From assembly GCA_964106915.2 (NCBI GenBank), contig OZ066918.1: a stretch of DNA of 64,000 nucleotides; one strand, written 5' to 3'. The translations under genes and the position numbers were made by a program. Numbering within the stretch: the first letter of the stretch is position 1; every line of letters begins with the position of its first letter. This DNA is from Podarcis gaigeae. Taxonomy: Eukaryota. The notes under the pieces are model-generated. The model saw only the letters and a program-made list of their open reading frames with translations, was not told the DNA's origin and ran no database searches. This document shows positions 57,534 to 64,000 of this stretch, piece by piece.

Positions 57534-57976
57534 AGTTTACTATAAAAAATGTCTCTCTTTACTAAAGTGCAGTAATCGTTGCCTCACACTAACAGTTCAG
57601 TGAGTTTAAGCTTACTGCCTTATTTGGGTGGGAGTTTGAGGCTTGAATCATGGCCAAGAACTTTAGAAAAGCCTATGGAGTCTCCCAAGTTCTTTGAGAG
57701 CTTCATTCAGCCATTCCTCAGAGGTCTTTACTGAGAATTCTCTCAGTTAAGCCAGTGGCAAGGCTCTGGTATAGCCCCAGAATCATCTCTCCTTCATAGC
57801 ACTCCTGATGAGACAAACCTGACAAACCAAGGCAACTCCTTGGTACAATTTTGATTTTGTGCCTCTGCTTTTCAACATACCATCATACCTGGGTGTAGAA
57901 CCCAAGAGGCAGCCTGCATCCAGAAAGGCTTCCGTTTCCTCAGCAACTAAGTCCTCTCCCAGAGGTCCCATTAGCT

Positions 57977-58223
57977 CAGAGTTTGGCAACCTAAGGCCCA
58001 TGAGCCACCCCCAAACCGAGCCACCCGCTTGGCGAGTCCCCGCGTGCTGCACTAAACCAGCGCAGCACGGCACGGGGGCTCATTTCTGGGGCGCCGGAAC
58101 TCATGTCGGAAATCACATCTGCACAGATGCAGATGCTGGAAATCGTGCGTGCGCGATCCAACCCACAGAGGGATCTCCGCTGGAGTGAACCGGCCCAGTC
58201 AAGGTAAACCTTGCCAACCCCTG
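57977..58223. mobile_element. hAT-type MITE
   Basis: 8-bp TSD CATTAGCT (57969-57976 / 58224-58231); TIR CAGAGTTTGGCAA / TTGCCAACCCCTG. Confidence 0.85.
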
Positions 58224-59909
58224 CATTAGCTGCTTATATTGAGGCAGCTGCCAATGGTGAATGGGCATCACCGTTATGCAGGACAACAGTTTTATATTTT
58301 GCCCGTCCCCCCAAAAAAGTCCTTGGAAAGTTTCAAGGTTCCTGTGGTGAGAGGTGTTCTGCATTATTAGCTTGGAAGAAAGGCCACAGAGCTGCAGTCG
58401 ACTTCATTTGTGCAGCTTCTGCAACATCAGTTCCCCACCCCTCCGTCCTTTGGCAGAACACAACACTACTGAGGGTAATATGTATGTGGGTTTGGTGCAC
58501 CTTGCATAATTTACAGCCTTTGTTGCAGATGTGGCAAGCTTCCATGCATCTAAGGTCACAAGTCCACTGCCACCAATACATCCGTCTGATGTGCAACCTG
58601 GCTGCATCATTGCAATGTTGACACTACATCCAGGTCAAATATATCCACTGTGGCATTCAGAGGTGAATACCTGTTCAGGGAGGAGGCCCTTATTTGTAGA
58701 AACAAAAGAGGGGGTGGAATAGAAGCCAATACTATCAACATATAAGCTACAGATTTAATCAATGCATGAATAATCAACTAATGTCTAACCAGAGGATATT
58801 CCATGTTTGGAATCTTGTAGACTCCCTTAAGGCAAAAGTAGTGGCAAGTCTTCATTCATGCATGGTAGGTGTTTGGACATTCCTGCATCTAGCACCAGTG
58901 TGGTTGGATACCATACATTATGCCTTGGGAGGACTAGGCAAATCAGTGCAGCAGACCTTAAAAGAAATGGGATAAGATACTTTCATAAAAACATCTTCAA
59001 ACTGAAGTTTTTTCTTTTTAAAATCCTAGACTGAATAGAATTAAAATAGGGCTGCGGACTATATAAACTGACTGTTCAAACAACGTCTGAGGAATCAATG
59101 CAAAAGTCTGGTTCATGTATATAACACAAAACTACTGTTTATTCAAGCATGGCATAGCATTAAGTGCAAACCCAGCCCAGCACCTTAACTCATTAAAGGT
59201 AGAATTATACTGAAGTCACTAGTATACCAGGGTTTGTAGCTTTATAAACCATGTTAACGTTAATCATAACCTACTGTCTCACTATCAGAATGCTTATCCA
59301 AATCTCAGCTATCTGAACACAAAGAATTATACCCAAACCTTGCTACACAAACAGCTGATTGAGATATCCAAACAGCCAAAGTTTGCCCATTTCCTTACTT
59401 GTTTGTACTTTGCTGGTTGGTGGCAGCCATTTCCAGCAGAAACCATGGAGGAAGAGAGGGAGCAGCAGAGATCAGACAAATCAGTTTTTCCTTTGACTTT
59501 TGCTGATTCGCTGCAGCAATTTCAGGCAGACACCACAGGAGGGAGGGAAAGAGGGAGGGAACAGACAAATTACAAATTAGGAATGTTCCCATTGGAAATA
59601 ATGGAAATCACTGGCTTATTACTCACCTAGCAAACAATTTCCTAGGAACACATTGTGTCCAGAAAGTGAGGCCTCTGGGTCTTCTCTGGCATAGTTTAAG
59701 TGATCATCTGTCAAATGCTTCAACTTTAACTATAGTCGACATAAACCATGATTTAGCATAATGTGTACACCGAACCAAAGGCAGATACTGAATACGGAGT
59801 CAGTTTCAGACCAACAGTGGGGAGAGGCTGTATCCATTCAGCAACTCAAGAACTAAAAAGGATCTCAGCATTTCAAACACTTACACCAAAATGCATACTA
59901 TTAGTATTT

Positions 59910-59915
59910 TTTATT
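59910..59915 (-). terminator. Candidate INPP5F polyadenylation signal (AATAAA)
   Basis: Minus-strand AATAAA about 1.5 kb after the stop, followed by a TG/T-rich tract (TTTTGGTGT). Confidence 0.5.
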
Positions 59916-61430
59916 AAAATATTTTATATAGGTCTCCCACGTTAAAACAATACAATATTATTTTAAATATACCCACAAATTTATACAGACACTCCAAAAA
60001 AAGGAATACACATTACAGTAATAAGAAATAAATAACAAAATGGAAACAGTATCAAAAGTATTAGACAAGGACAATCAGGTTAAGGTGATGATCACTTCTG
60101 TTATAGCAGAGATATTCAAAGACATCATACCACCATTATGACACTCGTTAACTGCTTAGAACAGTACATGCAGTCTAGCTATAGTACACATGTACTAACA
60201 TACAGAGACCCTGGCTCTAGAATGAGGACTAGTGAGGCTATGAAGCTTAGCAGAATCCAATGATGTTTCTGCTGCTACATTCTACTATAGAACATCAGTC
60301 ACAAGACCCCTCCGGGAAATAACAGAATGAGCTATATAGGAAATTACTTCTTATACATCAGGTTTTTGGAATCAGATTCCCGGGGAAACGTTTAGATGCG
60401 GCCTCATTCCCCACCAGTACTGTGACAAAGCCAGAATTGGTCTCACAACTGATTACAACTACAACTGTTTCGAAACACTTTGCATTAATTGGATTTTAAA
60501 TATCAGCAGTATGATTTTATGGATGAGTATGTTTTAGATTATGTCCTTTTTGGTGCTTTCGTGCTTATTTAGGCAATTGTCTCCTCATATGAACACATTA
60601 GCACATACCTGACATTCAGCATTTTTTTTTAAGTTAGACCTTTGTTTTTCCTCAAAAAGAAAATAAAGGCTGCAGCCTAAGAGTAGGGTGTCAAGTTTCA
60701 CTACAGAAGACACATAATAGTTCGCAGACACACCGTAAGTTTTTTTAAAAGATTATTTATTGTAAGAAAAACCTTTTCAGCAGCTGCCCTGCAAGCTTTT
60801 ACTCATTACTATATTATTGATTGCTCCTAGATACCATAGTTATAAATTAACAGAGGTAGGAAGAAGCAAGGAATCGATGGGAGAGGAAGGAGAGTAAACC
60901 ACCCCCCCACAGGCATAGGTATTTAAGTCCTTCCTCTGCAGAGACCACCTCCCTTAGGAATGCAACTAGAACAACAAGAAAACAAATTTAAAAATATAAA
61001 TAAAAAAAGTTAGTCTGAAAAATAAATAGAATGTCATCTGTGAGTAAAATAGTTCACTGGTACAGTGCAAGATTAATAAGGTTGACAGGTGTTCAGTACC
61101 ACCCCCTTCTACATAAATCAGAAGGCCTATAGAAACTGGTCTCAAAAGATAACTGTGCAATTGATCACGCAAACTTAACATGCACATCAACCACTGGTGT
61201 ATGAGCTACCTGTTTAGTAGTTTTACCTTCACCAGCTCAGCTGCCTGAGGATAATTCTGAAACCTGTTCAGAACCCAATTAGCATCTCCCAAACCTTTCT
61301 GTAAACATAGTTACTGGCATTTTTTTGATACCAATACTTAGTGGCAGTTGGTTCACCCCCTCCCCTCAAGGGGCCGTTACAAACCATTTGTTTAGCAATA
61401 TGTACAACTTAAATCTGAAGCGTGTGCTCT

Positions 61431-62592
61431 CTAGATCTGAATTATCCGCGTCTGACACTGCGTGAACATTTCTCTCAGTTCATTTTGCTGAATTTCATTT
61501 ACGGATTCTGGTTCAGCTGGGCTTTTCTGGACTTTAGCCACCGCAAAGCTGATTCCTTGGGTCAAACCAGCTTGTGTAATATTAGCCACCTGAACCATAG
61601 AGCTGCGAATCTTTGCAAAAGGAGAGACTGCCCTACTGCCATTACTCTCTGCTGGTGAAGGTGTCATATGAAACCCTGACCCAGCTTCCAGTACACTGGA
61701 TGAGGAGCCTGGAGTATTATGAGACTTAGCATTGGTGTTTTCTACTGCTAAGAATTGTGATCCTGACTCTGAAAATGGTACATCCAATTTAGATGGTCTG
61801 GAAGGAGCCTCAACAGCTGTTCCCAAGCAAGATTCAGTTTTCTTAGAAGCGTTATTGCTAATGCGATCCAACTCTTGCTGAGCTTCTTGAGAATTCATCT
61901 CTGTTTCTGAAACACTTGTCATCTTAGTTTGAGCATCCTGCACAAATCTGTGGCAGTAGGCATCAATTGGCTTAGTAAACTCTATTACAGCATTGTCTGT
62001 GGCAGGAGTTTCCTGGGGTCCTTTCCCTTCCGATTCAGACTTGTTAGTTTGGTCTTCATAGTGTGTCACGTGGATTTCTGAAGGAACAGGAATGCTAATG
62101 TTGATGTCAGTGCTGCTTATAGACTGGGACCGACTGCCTAGCCGAGGAGCAGAGGCGATGATACCACAACTGGGCAGAACATAATCTATCTGTCCCACGT
62201 TCTCCAAGGAGTCCATGAACTGCTGGTCATCATCAGATTTGGAATTGGTAAGGTACTCATCAGAATGGAATGAATCATTATCTGAGGAGATCTCAATGTC
62301 AGATTCTACGTTGGCTTTAGCATCTGCCATGGGATTTTCCATGGTTTCAAGACTACTGTCAGATTTCCAAAGATTCACTTTCAAGTTCGGCTTTAAGAAG
62401 TTGACTTTCATTTCAGGCTTCGTAAAGTTCCCCAACTTCCTCAGGTTGCTCATGTTTACATTGGATTTGGTTTGCTTCACTTTCTGATTAAGAGATGAGA
62501 ACTTGCTCATCAAATAGTTTTTTCCTTGGGCTAGGGAGCCTCTGTTTTGGGATCTAATACCAATGATGTCCTCATGGGGTTTGCTGCTTTTC
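61431..62592 (-). CDS. INPP5F: INPP5F last coding exon
   Basis: Acceptor CTGCAG at 62594/62593; in frame with the 360-aa ORF 61431..62513; stop TAG. Confidence 0.95.
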
Positions 62593-63998
62593 CTGCAGAA
62601 TTAAGAAGATCAGTAACTTCCTTTGATAAACATACATTCAAGTATACTTTCAACACATTGCTTAATATTCAGACACGTTCTAATGAATATTTTTTTGTTT
62701 AGTGAGACATAAATACAGCACTAGCTTCTGCTTACTTTTCTCCTAGATAGCTAGGCATTGACAGTCATCTTCCTTCCCTGCACCCAAAGCCCCTTGAAGA
62801 GAGAACACTCCTTGTGGACTTGCTCCCCCAACCTCATTCAGCATGTGTGTGTTTTTAAAAACCCTCTAATGACACACCCCTCTCCCAAGGGGCACAGTAT
62901 CAAAAACTTGTAGATGGGTACTGTAATACTTGTATGCATGTGCAGATAAGCTCTTTGTTACTAATTGTCAGCAGACAGCTGCTTTAAGCAACCAGTACAA
63001 GTATTATGATTCAAGTGATTTGGGACTCCCAATAACTCCTAGAAGGGAAGAGTGTTAACTCACCTCTCCAGTTTCTTCTCAATAATGGCTACATCTAACC
63101 CCATGGCTTGTTTTGTGATTCGCAGCATTTCCGCAATGCACTGAAGAGTATCTGAAATGCACGTTATTTGTCCATTATATCCATGAGCAGAGCATATTCT
63201 CTCTTATTACTTTTGTTTTGTGAAAACTGAGTGTGTAGATGCTTCGGTGAAGCTTTTCTATTGGTCTCACTTTTAACCTGGCAAGGGAGCCATTTAGCAT
63301 AAAGCAATGTGAAATGAGAGACGCCCATCATTCTGCAACTGGCACATTAATGCAGCCATATAGCTGAACACAAGCATAAAAGAATGAGGACTATTCCTAG
63401 TTGTTGACTGGATAAAGTATTATCCCCTCTTAAATGTATCTTTAAATGCAGGTCTGCTTCATTCACATACAAAGCAGGTGGAGTGGGTGTCACTGAAAGA
63501 GCCAAAGGAGAGCAACATAAATGCAAGGGAAGCTTCTCTTCCACCCTGCAGTCTGTCCCTCCTCTTCCTTTTTCCCCAGATATTGAAGGTAGCGAAGCTG
63601 GGAGAACACCATAGTTTGGGCCTTAAAGGAGTTGGCATCTATAATTCATGTTGATTAATTCAATTGATTGACTAAAAAACCAGGCTCTGAAATGTGGAGT
63701 GTTGAGTTTTTCTGCTCAAGTTCTTGAAAAATAGCAATTTCCTTTCCTTCTTGTTCTCAGTGAACCTATTTTGTTTAATTCAACTCAATTGTTCAGCTCA
63801 ATTCTTATAATGAAGTTCTACTTTCTATATGCAGTGCTCTCTTCTAAAAACTTTGTAGAAGTGTGTTACCTTTTCCATCCTCTTCAGGGTTGCGCATCAC
63901 CGCTCTAAGAGTATGGAAATATCCACTTGTGTCTTTGTATTTATAATGGAGCCTCATGCACGAGAACTTGGGCTTCCCAAAGAGAGTTGGTTCGGGAC
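61431..63998 (-). CDS. INPP5F: Phosphatidylinositide phosphatase SAC2, 3' part (last three coding exons; the gene continues beyond the window)
   Basis: GPEPTLFGKPKFSCMRLHY / DTLQCIAEML / KSSKPHEDIIGIRSQN...FTQCQTRIIQI* match recalled human INPP5F; phases are consistent. Confidence 0.95.
63064..63151 (-). CDS. INPP5F: INPP5F penultimate coding exon
   Basis: DTLQCIAEMLRITKQAMGLDVAIIEKKLE; TTTCAG / GTGAGT; 88 nt. Confidence 0.94.
63870..63998 (-). CDS. INPP5F: INPP5F antepenultimate coding exon
   Basis: GPEPTLFGKPKFSCMRLHYKYKDTSGYFHTLRAVMRNPEEDGK; AG at the window edge / GTAAC; 129 nt. Confidence 0.93.
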
Positions 63999-64000
63999 CT

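Noticed and set aside
62215-62487. 90-aa plus-strand ORF
   Set aside because: Antisense shadow of the INPP5F last exon.

Overview
Vertebrate nuclear DNA, most likely a squamate and probably a lacertid lizard (inferred from Sauria-type SINEs and lizard-type MITEs). It contains three spliced genes in the arrangement known from mammals. SEC23IP is on the minus strand and complete: 18 coding exons, 31842 down to 8579, 3033 nt, 1010 aa. MCMBP is on the plus strand and complete: 16 coding exons, 32163-57289, 1911 nt, 636 aa. It sits head-to-head with SEC23IP across a CpG-island bidirectional promoter with 320 nt between the ATGs. The last three coding exons of INPP5F/SAC2 are on the minus strand, tail-to-tail with MCMBP. 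Exon boundaries were read by hand from splice signals and reading phase, and gene identities come from recalled similarity to the human proteins, not from a database search. Introns and flanks carry many mobile elements: hAT and Tc1/mariner MITEs with TSDs, SINEs, CR1 fragments, two solo LTRs and Penelope-like pieces. The most notable observations are (1) a minor-spliceosome (U12) intron in MCMBP that stays in frame only with rare AT-AA termini, (2) minimal hammerhead-ribozyme motifs in Penelope-like repeats, one with an intact core, (3) a MITE built from tandem 56-nt hairpins whose arms co-vary, and (4) a probable 3'-UTR intron in SEC23IP. I found no prokaryotic-type systems such as CRISPR, and nothing I can claim is a wholly new biological system.
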